From a bacterium (lineage in GTDB: Bacteria; UBA8248), in the NCBI GenBank assembly GCA_963692865.2, contig OY843592.1:1472001-1536000 (forward strand): a stretch of 64,000 bases of DNA, written 5' to 3'. Made by a program: the position numbers and the translations under genes. The first letter of the stretch is position 1; the number at the start of each line of letters is the position of its first letter. The notes beneath the pieces were generated by a model, which searched no databases, had not been told where the DNA came from, and saw only the letters and a program-made list of their open reading frames with translations. This document shows, piece after piece, positions 1 through 8,801 of this stretch.

Positions 1-40
1 ACGGTTCCATCCCCTTTTCAGGATTATGCCAGAAGCGATG

Positions 41-67
41 GGGACAGGCACGGGGGTCTGTCGCTAC
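41..67 (-). repeat. GTAG-type REP hairpin overlapping the recN stop codon
   Basis: Minus strand reads GTAG-CGACAGACCCCCGTGCCTGTCCC; same family as copies near 50398, 52038 and 56488. Confidence 0.7.
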
Positions 68-1779
68 TCCGCCTTTTCGAGCATCTCTCTCGCGTGCTCT
101 CTGGCCGCGTCGGTGATTTCGAGTCCCGTGCCCATGCGGGCGATCTCCTCCACGCGCTTATGGTCGTCCAGAACCTCGACGCGCGTCTGCGTGCGCTCCC
201 CTGCGACGTGCTTTTCCACCCGGAAGTGGCGGTCGCCCAGGCTCGCGACCTGGGGCAGGTGGGTGACGACGAGCACCTGATGGCTCGCCGATACGCCTTT
301 CAGTTTTCTGCCCACCACTTCGGCAACGGCCCCGCCGATACCTGCGTCCACCTCGTCGAAGATGAGTGTGGGAATCAAGTCCGCCCGCCTTAATACCGAC
401 TCCAGGGCCAGCATCAGCCGCGAGAGTTCCCCGCCCGAGGCGACGCGGCTTAAGCCTCTCGGCGGCTCGCCGGGGTTGGGCGAGAAGTGGAACTGGGCGC
501 GGTCGACGCCGTCGGCGCGGAGAGCCACCGCGCGCCCGCCTGCGCGGATGAAGCCCTCGGGGTCTTCCTGGTGCGTGATGAGCGTCTGGAACCTGGCGCC
601 CGCAAGGCCCAGCTCGCTCAGGGCCTCTTCCATGCGCGCGTCCAGACTCCCGGCGGCGCGCGATCTTTTCTCGGACAGGGCGAGGGCGGCTTTTGCGAGT
701 TCGGCCCTGAGCGCGTCGCGCGCTCCGGCGAGGCGCGCTTCGGTTCCTTCCTCATCCGAAATCGCGGCGAGGCTGCTCCGGCACTCCTCGAGATACGCGA
801 GGCATTCGGCCTCGTCGCTCCCGTATTTCCTGATCATCTCGCGTATCACCGCGCGCCTCGCTTCCAGGGCTTCCAGGCGTTCGGGGTCGTGCTCGATTCC
901 TTCCGCGTAGCCGCGAAGCGAATCGGCGAGGCTTTCCAGTTGCGCCTGCGCGGATGCGGCTTCCTCTTGAAGGGGACGTAAGGACTCATCGAGACCGGCG
1001 ATATCTTCGAGTTCGCGCTGGATCTCGCCCGTCTTTTCGACCACCGCCCCTTCCGCCTCGTAGAGCCGCTCGTAGAGCGAAGCGGCGCCTTCAATCAGTC
1101 GGCCCGCGTTTCTGAGCCGGGGGAGTTCGGCCTCGATCTCCGCAAGCTCCCCTGCGCGCAGCGCCGCCTTTTCGAGTTCTTCGGCCTGGAAGCGCAGGAG
1201 GTCCGCCCTCCGGGCGCGCTCGCGCACGCCCTCCCGGTGGGCGCTTAGTTTTTCTTCGGCGGACTTGAGTTCGCGCACCAGTTCGCCCAGGGCGGTTCGC
1301 GCCCCGCTCGTTCCCGCGAAATCATCCAGAAGCCCCAGGTGGGATGCGGGGCGCAGGAGGCTTTGGTGCGCGTGCTGGCCGTGGATGTTCACGAGGCGAT
1401 CGCCCACCCGGGAGAGCAGCGACGCCGTGCCGAGCACGCCGTTGAGATAAATGCGGCTTCTGCCCGCTTCCGCGACTCTGCGGCGCACGATGAGTTCGCC
1501 GTCCTCCTCAATTTCCACGCCAGCCTCTTCGAGCAGGGAGCGTGCCGCGAGGCCGCCCGCGGTGTCGGGTATCTCGAAGAGGGATTCGACGAGCGCCTCC
1601 CTGGCGCCCCCGCGGACGAGGTCGCCCCCCGCGCGCGCGCCGAGCGTGAGGTTCAGGGCATCGAAGATGATGGATTTTCCCGCGCCCGTCTCGCCCGTGA
1701 GGACGTTCAGTCCCGGGCCGAAGGTGATCTCCAAATCGTCGATGATGGCGAAGTTCGTGATCTTGAGAAGGCGGAGCAT
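64..1779 (-). CDS. recN: DNA repair protein RecN
   Basis: Walker A GETGAGKS, SGGE signature, Walker B LIFDEVD, central coiled coil, downstream of NAD kinase. Confidence 0.97.
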   Translation of the reverse strand: MLRLLKITNFAIIDDLEITFGPGLNVLTGETGAGKSIIFDALNLTLGARAGGDLVRGGAREALVESLFEIPDTAGGLAARSLLEEAGVEIEEDGELIVRRRVAEAGRSRIYLNGVLGTASLLSRVGDRLVNIHGQHAHQSLLRPASHLGLLDDFAGTSGARTALGELVRELKSAEEKLSAHREGVRERARRADLLRFQAEELEKAALRAGELAEIEAELPRLRNAGRLIEGAASLYERLYEAEGAVVEKTGEIQRELEDIAGLDESLRPLQEEAASAQAQLESLADSLRGYAEGIEHDPERLEALEARRAVIREMIRKYGSDEAECLAYLEECRSSLAAISDEEGTEARLAGARDALRAELAKAALALSEKRSRAAGSLDARMEEALSELGLAGARFQTLITHQEDPEGFIRAGGRAVALRADGVDRAQFHFSPNPGEPPRGLSRVASGGELSRLMLALESVLRRADLIPTLIFDEVDAGIGGAVAEVVGRKLKGVSASHQVLVVTHLPQVASLGDRHFRVEKHVAGERTQTRVEVLDDHKRVEEIARMGTGLEITDAAREHAREMLEKAE

Positions 1780-1785
1780 CGGGGC

Positions 1786-2691
1786 TTAAGTCTTTCGCCC
1801 GCCGCGCGGGTGGGTCTCCCACAGGAGCTTTTCACGCAGGGTTTCGAAGAAATCCGCCCCCTTGGGCCGGATGATCCGCACCGGCGTCCTGCTTTTCCTG
1901 ATTTTCACCGAGTCGCCCGCTTCGAGTTCGCATCCGGGGAAGCCGTCGAGCGTGAGGAGAACCTCGCGTCCCTCGGCCTCGGTGTCCGGGAAGATGGTGA
2001 TCTCCAGTTCCGCCTCGGCGGGCACGACGATGGGCCGGTTGCTGAGCGTGTGCGGGCATATCGGGTTGATGAGCATCACGTTCAGATCGGGCAGCACGAG
2101 CGGCCCGCCCGCGGAGAGCGAATATGCCGTGGAGCCCGTGGGCGTGGCGACGATGAGGCCGTCCGCGCGGAAATAGCCCAGATGCCTGCCTTCCATCTGA
2201 ACCTCGTATTCGACCATGCGCGCCAGGGGTCCGGTTGTGAGCACGATGTCGTTCAGCGAATCAGACAGCGCGGGCGGCGCGCCCCCGTTTTTTCGCACCG
2301 AAGCGTCGAGCCGCATGCGTGATTCGATGGAAAACTCCTTCTTGATCAGTATCCGCTCCAGCGCCGGGTAGAGTTCGGCCTGGGGCACGTCCGCCAGAAA
2401 GCCCAGGTGCCCGGTGTTGATGCCCAAAAGCAGCGGGGAATCTTCGCCGATGTTGTGCGCGGTGCGCAGCATGGAGCCGTCGCCGCCGAAGACGATGACC
2501 AGATCGGCGCGCTTGACGACCTCCTCGCGCGGTAGTCCGGTTGCCTCTCCCGCCATCCGGGCCGTGTCCAGATCGAGGTGAACCTCGAAGCCCCTGTCTT
2601 TCAGCCAGGCGGCCAGCCCGGCGAAGTCGAGCGGGTTTTTTTGCGCTCCCGCCCATGCGGTCAGTGCGATGCGTGCAATGTTCGTCGCCAC
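1786..2691 (-). CDS. nadK: NAD(+) kinase
   Basis: GGDG, GHLGFL, TPTGSTAYSLSAGG motifs; GTG start at 2691 chosen for its upstream GGGAGA. Confidence 0.95.
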   Translation of the reverse strand: MATNIARIALTAWAGAQKNPLDFAGLAAWLKDRGFEVHLDLDTARMAGEATGLPREEVVKRADLVIVFGGDGSMLRTAHNIGEDSPLLLGINTGHLGFLADVPQAELYPALERILIKKEFSIESRMRLDASVRKNGGAPPALSDSLNDIVLTTGPLARMVEYEVQMEGRHLGYFRADGLIVATPTGSTAYSLSAGGPLVLPDLNVMLINPICPHTLSNRPIVVPAEAELEITIFPDTEAEGREVLLTLDGFPGCELEAGDSVKIRKSRTPVRIIRPKGADFFETLREKLLWETHPRGGRKT

Positions 2692-2830
2692 GTGATGCGT
2701 CTCCCGAATCAATTCCGGTGGCAAGGTATCCCAGGGTCTGCGCCCCGGCAACCGTATACCGAAGATGATCTCAGTGGGACTGATACCCTTGGACCTACTA
2801 TTTATATGATGAATCTTCGTTGGACAATGA

Positions 2831-3697
2831 TTAGTTGCGCGGTGCTACATGCTTCGGTGGCGTTTTTCCGTTGATCCAATCGACGATAGCGGCCACCGTT
2901 TCACGTTCCGCTCCAAAGAAGCCATGCCGACTTCTGGCCTTGCACGGCCGGCTTTTTGGTTCATGGCCTCCACTTACGGAAACGAAATGCTTACGCGGAT
3001 TGTTCGGCAATTCATTGAAAATTTTTTGACCGGCGTTGTAAGGCGTTCCACGGCATCCATCGTCGATGTGATGAGCAACCAGCGTCGGTCGTTTGATCCG
3101 GCTTGCATCATGGACAACTTCGCTCTTGCTCGCAGTCAATACATAGCCTTTGACATTTGGATGCGCTATGACGGTCGCCAGGTATCCTACGGATAGCGTG
3201 CCCCTGCTGGTGCCTGCCAGATAGACGCCGCAGGCCTTCTCCTCTTTCGTGAGGAAATCAACCACCGCCCGTATATCCTCGTGATGTTCTTTCGAAGTAC
3301 GGAAGGAATCGCTCAACATTTTCCTGTCCGATGGAAGATCGAGCAGAACGGTAATGAGACCCGCTCTGGCGAAAAGCGGAGCGCTCCTGATCAGAAAATT
3401 TCGGCTTACCCTCAAGCGCCTGCCCTTGCGTTTCGTAATCCACTTCGCTTTTCCGCCGGTAAACAACATAACCGCGAGGCATCCTGCTTTTTCCTCTTTG
3501 GCGGTCAAAAACCTTAGCCGGATTCCCGGGCGAGTGGATATCTTGATGTCTTCCCACAGCAGTGGCGCGCCGGGGTCCCTGAAATCGTGGTAAAGAATGA
3601 CATCCACGTCCTTGCGCTCAATCAAGTCTGCATGCCCAAGTGGAACAACAAAAAAGATGAACAGAAATACCGCCGAAATGATTCGCTTGAAGTGCAT
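2831..3697 (-). CDS. Secreted alpha/beta hydrolase-fold protein
   Basis: Signal peptide, GTSRG nucleophile elbow, C-terminal HGF; lower GC than flanks. Confidence 0.8.
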   Translation of the reverse strand: MHFKRIISAVFLFIFFVVPLGHADLIERKDVDVILYHDFRDPGAPLLWEDIKISTRPGIRLRFLTAKEEKAGCLAVMLFTGGKAKWITKRKGRRLRVSRNFLIRSAPLFARAGLITVLLDLPSDRKMLSDSFRTSKEHHEDIRAVVDFLTKEEKACGVYLAGTSRGTLSVGYLATVIAHPNVKGYVLTASKSEVVHDASRIKRPTLVAHHIDDGCRGTPYNAGQKIFNELPNNPRKHFVSVSGGHEPKSRPCKARSRHGFFGAERETVAAIVDWINGKTPPKHVAPRN

Positions 3698-3809
3698 TTA
3701 CACCTCTTCCCGTTTCGATAGTTTGTTAAATGTCAATTACCTAAATGCGGTAAGATGCGCGAATATACTACCTAGAAGTCATAGTTTGATACAAACATAT
3801 CCTCGCCGT

Positions 3810-4727
3810 TCATCCGCGCGCCTGCAGCGCGGCGTCTTTTCTTCGCCGGGGCAGGCGCCGCCAGTAACGGCAGGCGTCCTGAAGCGGGCAGCCCGCGCAG
3901 AGTTTGATGTCTCTTTTGCTCGGGCAATGCTTCAGGATGCCCATCCGCGAGATGGCGAAATCGTAGCGCACCGGATCCTCGGGGTCGATGCGCTTCAGGT
4001 TTCTGGTGATCTCGATCGCCATCTTGAGGTCGGGCGTCTTCCTGTCGGTGAGTCCCAGAAGGCGCCCGATGCGCGCGATGTGGGTGTCGAGCGGTATGAT
4101 GAGCTGGCTCGTTTTCGGTCCTTTCCACAGTCCTAAGTCCAGGCCGTCGGCGGGCCGCACCATCCACCGGAGGAACAGGTGGAGGCGCTTGCACGCGCTG
4201 CCGCTCTCGGGGTCGGGCAGGAGATAGCGGACGCCGCGCTCGACCCTTGCGTTCGCGGGCGGCGCCGGTAGGGACCGGAGCAGGCGCTCACGGAACCGTT
4301 TGAGCGCCCCCTGAAGGGTCTCCTCCTCCGCGCGGTAGCCTTCCAGGAACAAGGCTTCGAGCGATCCCTCGCTCCTGAGCGCGGCGCCGATGGCATTTGT
4401 GAGTAGTCCGATTGCCTCCGGCCCCACCCACCGGTGGTAGAGGCCCTCGAAGAGGCGGACGCTCTCTTCGGGGTCATAACGGCGCAGCGCGGCGGCCGGT
4501 CGTGGTCCCAGCCGCTCCATGATGCGCTTTACGCTCATCCGTATGGCGGCGGCGTTGCCAAACGCCAAAGATGCGCTCAGAAACGCGGCGACCTCGCGGT
4601 CCCGCGCGCCCCGGTAGGCGTGCGCGAGGCCGAGCGGGTCGGTGGCGAGATAGGCGTCGTGGTACGTGCGGGCGAGCGCGTCGAGTTTCTCCTTGAGAAG
4701 GGGCACGTCCCTGCTCCTGAGAGCCAT
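3810..4727 (-). CDS. TIGR02757/DUF2400 family protein (HhH-like) with C-terminal Cys cluster
   Basis: SACKRLHLFLRWMVR, DLGLW, IPLDTHI, DPVRYDFA motifs; Cys tail CPSKRDIKLCAGCPLQDAC. Confidence 0.88.
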   Translation of the reverse strand: MALRSRDVPLLKEKLDALARTYHDAYLATDPLGLAHAYRGARDREVAAFLSASLAFGNAAAIRMSVKRIMERLGPRPAAALRRYDPEESVRLFEGLYHRWVGPEAIGLLTNAIGAALRSEGSLEALFLEGYRAEEETLQGALKRFRERLLRSLPAPPANARVERGVRYLLPDPESGSACKRLHLFLRWMVRPADGLDLGLWKGPKTSQLIIPLDTHIARIGRLLGLTDRKTPDLKMAIEITRNLKRIDPEDPVRYDFAISRMGILKHCPSKRDIKLCAGCPLQDACRYWRRLPRRRKDAALQARG

Positions 4728-5176
4728 TAGAACGCGCCCTTTGAGTCGAGCAGCAGGGTGACGGGGCCGTCGTTCACGAGTTGAACGTCCATCATCGCGC
4801 CGAAGCGGCCCGCCCCGACGCGAACGCCCAGTTTTTCGACCTGCGTGATGAACCGCTCATAGAGAGGCTCCGCCCGCTCGGGCGGGGCCGCGGCGATGAA
4901 GGCGGGGCGCCTCCCCTTCCGGCAATCGCCGTGCAGGGTGAACTGGCTGACGACGAGCATCGCTCCGCCGGCGTCGAGAAGCGAGAGGTTCATCTTCTGC
5001 GCCTCGTCCGGGAATATCCTTAGATTGGCGATTTTCCCGGCGAGGAAATCGGCGTCTTCCTCCTTGTCCTCGCTCCCGACCCCCAGAAACACGAGGAGTC
5101 CGCCCCGGATTTCGCCGACGGTCTCCCCGTCCACCCGGACGCCGGCCTCGCTCACGCGCTGCACGACGGCTCTCAT
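4727..5176 (-). CDS. dtd: D-aminoacyl-tRNA deacylase
   Basis: [19 protein letters not shown] motifs. Confidence 0.97.
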   Translation of the reverse strand: MRAVVQRVSEAGVRVDGETVGEIRGGLLVFLGVGSEDKEEDADFLAGKIANLRIFPDEAQKMNLSLLDAGGAMLVVSQFTLHGDCRKGRRPAFIAAAPPERAEPLYERFITQVEKLGVRVGAGRFGAMMDVQLVNDGPVTLLLDSKGAF

Positions 5177-5460
5177 ATCGGCTCATCCCGTGGAATCATT
5201 TTATTTTCTCCGGTTCGCCCGCTTGTCCGTGAATCCCGCTCTGCGACGGCGACGGGATCAAGGATATACGGCGGAACCGTTCAGATTCAACGCCGTCGAA
5301 CTCACGACCCTGCGGGGCGGCGTTTTCAACTCCCCTGTGTGGCTCGGCTCGGTTGAAATGTGGAGAGCAATGTGCGACATATCCTTGTAAGTTTTTCGTA
5401 TCGCATATTCATACAAAACCGGATAGTACGTCTTCACCTTAGCCGCAATGGGGGCGGCCA

Positions 5461-6063
5461 TTGTCCAGCGCGAAGAAATATTCCCGGAAAAAGGTGTTCA
5501 CCACGTTCGAGGTGGCGGAAATTTGCGACGTCACGCCGGTCACGATTCAAAACTGGATAGACAAGGGCTGGCTGCGCGCGTACCGGACGCCCGGCGGCCA
5601 TAGAAGAGTGGGGAAAGAGGCGCTCCTCTCCTTTCTGGAGTCACGCGGCATGCCCCATCCTTTCCCGGGCAGGGGAAGGAGCCCCCGGGTGCTCATCGTG
5701 AACGGCGACCGGGGTCTCGCCGACTCTCTCAAAGAAGCGCTCTCCCTCGACGAGCCGGGCTGTGAAATTCAAGTGGCCCACGACGGGTTCCGGGCCGGCG
5801 TCCTTTTTTCCGCCTCGCATCCGGACGTGGTGATACTCGACCTGAATCATTCAGGCGTGGACGGTTACGAGGTGTGCCGCCAGATCAAGGAAGGCGAGGC
5901 CGGCGGTGATGCGATCGTCGTAGCGATCGACGGAGGCGACGGGGAGGGGCGCAAGCGCATTCTCGATATGGGCGCGGCGCATTGCCTCCCCGCGCCGGTG
6001 GACGCGGCGGGGCTCAGGAATCTGGTGAAAGAGACCGTCCTGAATCGCTGGAGGTCTGCGTAG
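5461..6063 (+). CDS. Excisionase/MerR-like HTH fused to an atypical receiver domain
   Basis: FTTFEVAEIC...W...RTPGGHRR HTH followed by a receiver-like domain (VILDL). Confidence 0.85.
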   Translation: MSSAKKYSRKKVFTTFEVAEICDVTPVTIQNWIDKGWLRAYRTPGGHRRVGKEALLSFLESRGMPHPFPGRGRSPRVLIVNGDRGLADSLKEALSLDEPGCEIQVAHDGFRAGVLFSASHPDVVILDLNHSGVDGYEVCRQIKEGEAGGDAIVVAIDGGDGEGRKRILDMGAAHCLPAPVDAAGLRNLVKETVLNRWRSA

Positions 6064-6131
6064 GCGCCGCCTCGAGATTTTCATGGCGCTGCTTGCGGCG
6101 TCGCCGGTACCGGGCCGACGAATGTTTTCGG

Positions 6132-7019
6132 CTAGTTCTCCTCGGGCGCGTCCCCGTCGGCGCCCCGGTTTCTCAGGAAGCGCTCCAGCTCCCTCGCTAA
6201 ATCGTCTCCCGAGGGAAGCTCGTCCGGCTGGTTCTCTTCATCCGAACCGTCGTCTCTGAGTTTGAGTTGATCCACGTAATCTCTCACCGACTTGTTTTTC
6301 TCCAGCGCCTCATCGACCTTCTCCTCGAATTCATGCGCGCCCGCCTCGAGTTCGGAGAGGTTCAAGGGGTAGGAGAGAAAGTCGCTGAGCCGCTCCACGA
6401 GGGCGAGCGCCGCCTTCGGGTTGGGCGTCACGTTCACGTAGTGGGGCACGTTCGCCCAGACGCTGACGGCGGGCAGGTTTTCGTCGCGGAACAGGTTGTT
6501 CAGGACGCCGACGATTCCGGTGGGCCCCTCGTAGCGCGAGGGCTTGAGGCCCAGTTGAGAGGCCAGATCGGGATTCGTGGATGTGCCTGTTATCCGGACG
6601 CGGCTCCGGTGGTAGACGTCGGCGAGCAGGGCGCCCACCGTCACGGCCATTCGCACCCGGCATTCGCGCACCATGGACAAGATGATTTTCGAGAATCGTC
6701 CCCACTGGAGATGAGGCTCCACGCCCAAAAACACCACCACGTCGTGTTCGAGGTTCGGCGTCTCGCATGCGTAGAACGTGTTCGAGGGCCAGGTGATCTT
6801 CCGGCGGCTGCTCTCGTCGAGGCTCACGTGGGGGCGCATGTCCTGAAAATTGTAGAACGGGTCGGAATCGATGCGGGCGAATTCCGCCCCCCCCATTTTC
6901 TCGGTGATGAAGCTGGCGGCGGTCGTGGCGGCGCTGCTGGCGTCGTTCCAGCCCGCGAAGGCCATGAGGAGCGCGGGGTCTCTGAGCTTCGGCGTTTCCT
7001 TGATGTCGAGATGTTCCAT
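6132..7019 (-). CDS. PAC2 family (proteasome assembly chaperone-like) protein
   Basis: AFAGWNDA, EPHLQW, YEGPTGIVG, WANVPHY, NPKAAL motifs. Confidence 0.9.
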   Translation of the reverse strand: MEHLDIKETPKLRDPALLMAFAGWNDASSAATTAASFITEKMGGAEFARIDSDPFYNFQDMRPHVSLDESSRRKITWPSNTFYACETPNLEHDVVVFLGVEPHLQWGRFSKIILSMVRECRVRMAVTVGALLADVYHRSRVRITGTSTNPDLASQLGLKPSRYEGPTGIVGVLNNLFRDENLPAVSVWANVPHYVNVTPNPKAALALVERLSDFLSYPLNLSELEAGAHEFEEKVDEALEKNKSVRDYVDQLKLRDDGSDEENQPDELPSGDDLARELERFLRNRGADGDAPEEN

Positions 7020-7275
7020 TGTTTGTCCCCCCCCTGTGCCGCTTTATGACTCCGAGGTAAAAAGAAAGGGGTGCATTGTATGGGGTCTCGGGTGGGGATT
7101 CAATCCTTTGTTTCGGGGTTTCCCGCGCGGCGTTTGATGGAGGCGCGTCCGTGGGATATAAATTTTCAGCCCGTGAGTCTGCGGCGCTTTCCGGCAGGGG
7201 GAGGCGATTTCCCTTCTTCCGGGGCGGAGGCGTAGAGGAGCGGGCCGAATGCGGGTTGAACGTGAGGGATCGGTT

Positions 7276-8058
7276 ATGAACGCGCCCGAATCGGCGGGCA
7301 TGAAGGATAAGGTGGTTCTGGTGACGGGCGGCTCGCGCGGCATCGGCGCCGCCATCGCGCGTCGCTTCGCGCGGGAGGGGGCGCATCTGGTCCTGAATCA
7401 CAGGGACGGCAAGGGCAGGTCCGCCCGGATGGCGGAAGAGCTTTGCCGCGAGTTTGAGGCCGCAGGCGGACGGGCGGTCGGCATCCCGGCGGACATTTCG
7501 AAAAAAGACGCCGTCAAGGCCATGTTCGCCCGGGTGGAAGCGGAGTTCGGGCGGCTCGACGCGCTCGTCCTGAACGCGGCGCGCGCGCCCTTCAAGCCGT
7601 GGGAGAAGCTTCTGGAGCGCGACCTCAGGCTCCTGGTGGAGACGAATTTCCTGGGCAACGTCTTCTGCCTGCAGGGGGCGCTTCCGCTGCTCTCCCGCCG
7701 GGGCGGGGCCGTCGTGTTCATATCGAGTCTGGGGAGCCGCTTCTATCATCCCGAATACCCGCTGGGGCCCATGAAGGCGGCCATGGAAGCGGCGGTCAGG
7801 CATTGGGCGGAGAGCTTCGGGGAGAGCGGCGTGTCGGTAAACGCCGTCTGCGCGGGGCTGGTGAAGACGGATTCGTTCAAGACGCTGCGCATGATTCAGC
7901 CGGAACTGGACGAGTTGCCCGAGCGCTTTTTCGTGACGCCCGAGGAGGTGGCCGAATCAGTTTATTTCCTCGCAGGCGCGGGCGCGGCCTCCATACGCGG
8001 GCAGACCCTCGTGGTCGACAGGGGGCTCGGCAACTGCTTGAACCGCCCCCCGGGATAA
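7276..8058 (+). CDS. SDR oxidoreductase, FabL-like enoyl-ACP reductase candidate
   Basis: TGGSRGIG, LVLNAA, SSLGS, Y...MKAAME; first gene of the FAS-like cluster. Confidence 0.8.
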   Translation: MNAPESAGMKDKVVLVTGGSRGIGAAIARRFAREGAHLVLNHRDGKGRSARMAEELCREFEAAGGRAVGIPADISKKDAVKAMFARVEAEFGRLDALVLNAARAPFKPWEKLLERDLRLLVETNFLGNVFCLQGALPLLSRRGGAVVFISSLGSRFYHPEYPLGPMKAAMEAAVRHWAESFGESGVSVNAVCAGLVKTDSFKTLRMIQPELDELPERFFVTPEEVAESVYFLAGAGAASIRGQTLVVDRGLGNCLNRPPG

Positions 8059-8194
8059 AAGAGCGGGAGAAATCCCCATGGAGTGGTTGATTTTCGCTCC
8101 CCTCCTTGGTTGTATACGCTTGCATGAACGGGAATTTCCGTGCGCGCCCGTACGCGAGGATGAACCGCGCGATTGATCGTTACAGAGGAAGGCC

Positions 8195-8758
8195 ATGTCG
8201 CAAAACCTGATTTCGGACGATACGATTCTGGATGAAGTGAAAAAGGCGATCGCCCACACCACGGGAATCGACGAGGAGACCATCGAGCCGGACAGCTCCC
8301 TGGTGGACGACCTGGGCGTTTTGTCGCTCGATTTTCTGGACGTGAACTTCCGCCTCGAGCAGGTGTTCGGCATCAAGATGGCGCGCAATTTCGTTCTGGA
8401 GCACGCCGAGGAGATGTTCGGCGAGGGCGTGGCCATCAACGAGGAGAGCGAGGTGACGGAAACGGGGGTCGAGGTCTTGAAGCTGCGCCTGAATGAGGCG
8501 GCGTCTGACCTGGAGCCCGGTATCCCCGTGGATGAGCTTCCGGCCCTCGTGACGCCGAAGACGCTGGCGGGCGCGGTGCGCGACGTGCTGAACTGCCTGC
8601 CCGAGAAGAGCCCGGCGGGGGCGGACTGGAGGGCCGAGGACGGGACGCGCATCGTATGCGCGGAGACGAACGAGCCCGCCTCTTTGCCCAGCGGGGACGA
8701 AGTGGTCCAGAACTGGCTGAACCGGGTGCAGGAGGAAAGGGGCCTCTTCTCCTCCTGA
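8195..8758 (+). CDS. Extended acyl carrier protein (187 aa)
   Basis: Very acidic; DDLGVLSLDFLDVNFRLEQVFGIK phosphopantetheine-site region. Confidence 0.85.
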   Translation: MSQNLISDDTILDEVKKAIAHTTGIDEETIEPDSSLVDDLGVLSLDFLDVNFRLEQVFGIKMARNFVLEHAEEMFGEGVAINEESEVTETGVEVLKLRLNEAASDLEPGIPVDELPALVTPKTLAGAVRDVLNCLPEKSPAGADWRAEDGTRIVCAETNEPASLPSGDEVVQNWLNRVQEERGLFSS

Positions 8759-8801
8759 ATCCGCTTGCCTCATCCAGCCGTTTTGCCGGGAGAGCGTGTG
8801 A

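Noticed and set aside
6267-7803. Long alternative-frame ORFs (also 1339-2322, 18772-20304, 39974-41653, 42118-43701, 52420-54144)
   Set aside because: High-GC shadow ORFs overlapping well-supported genes
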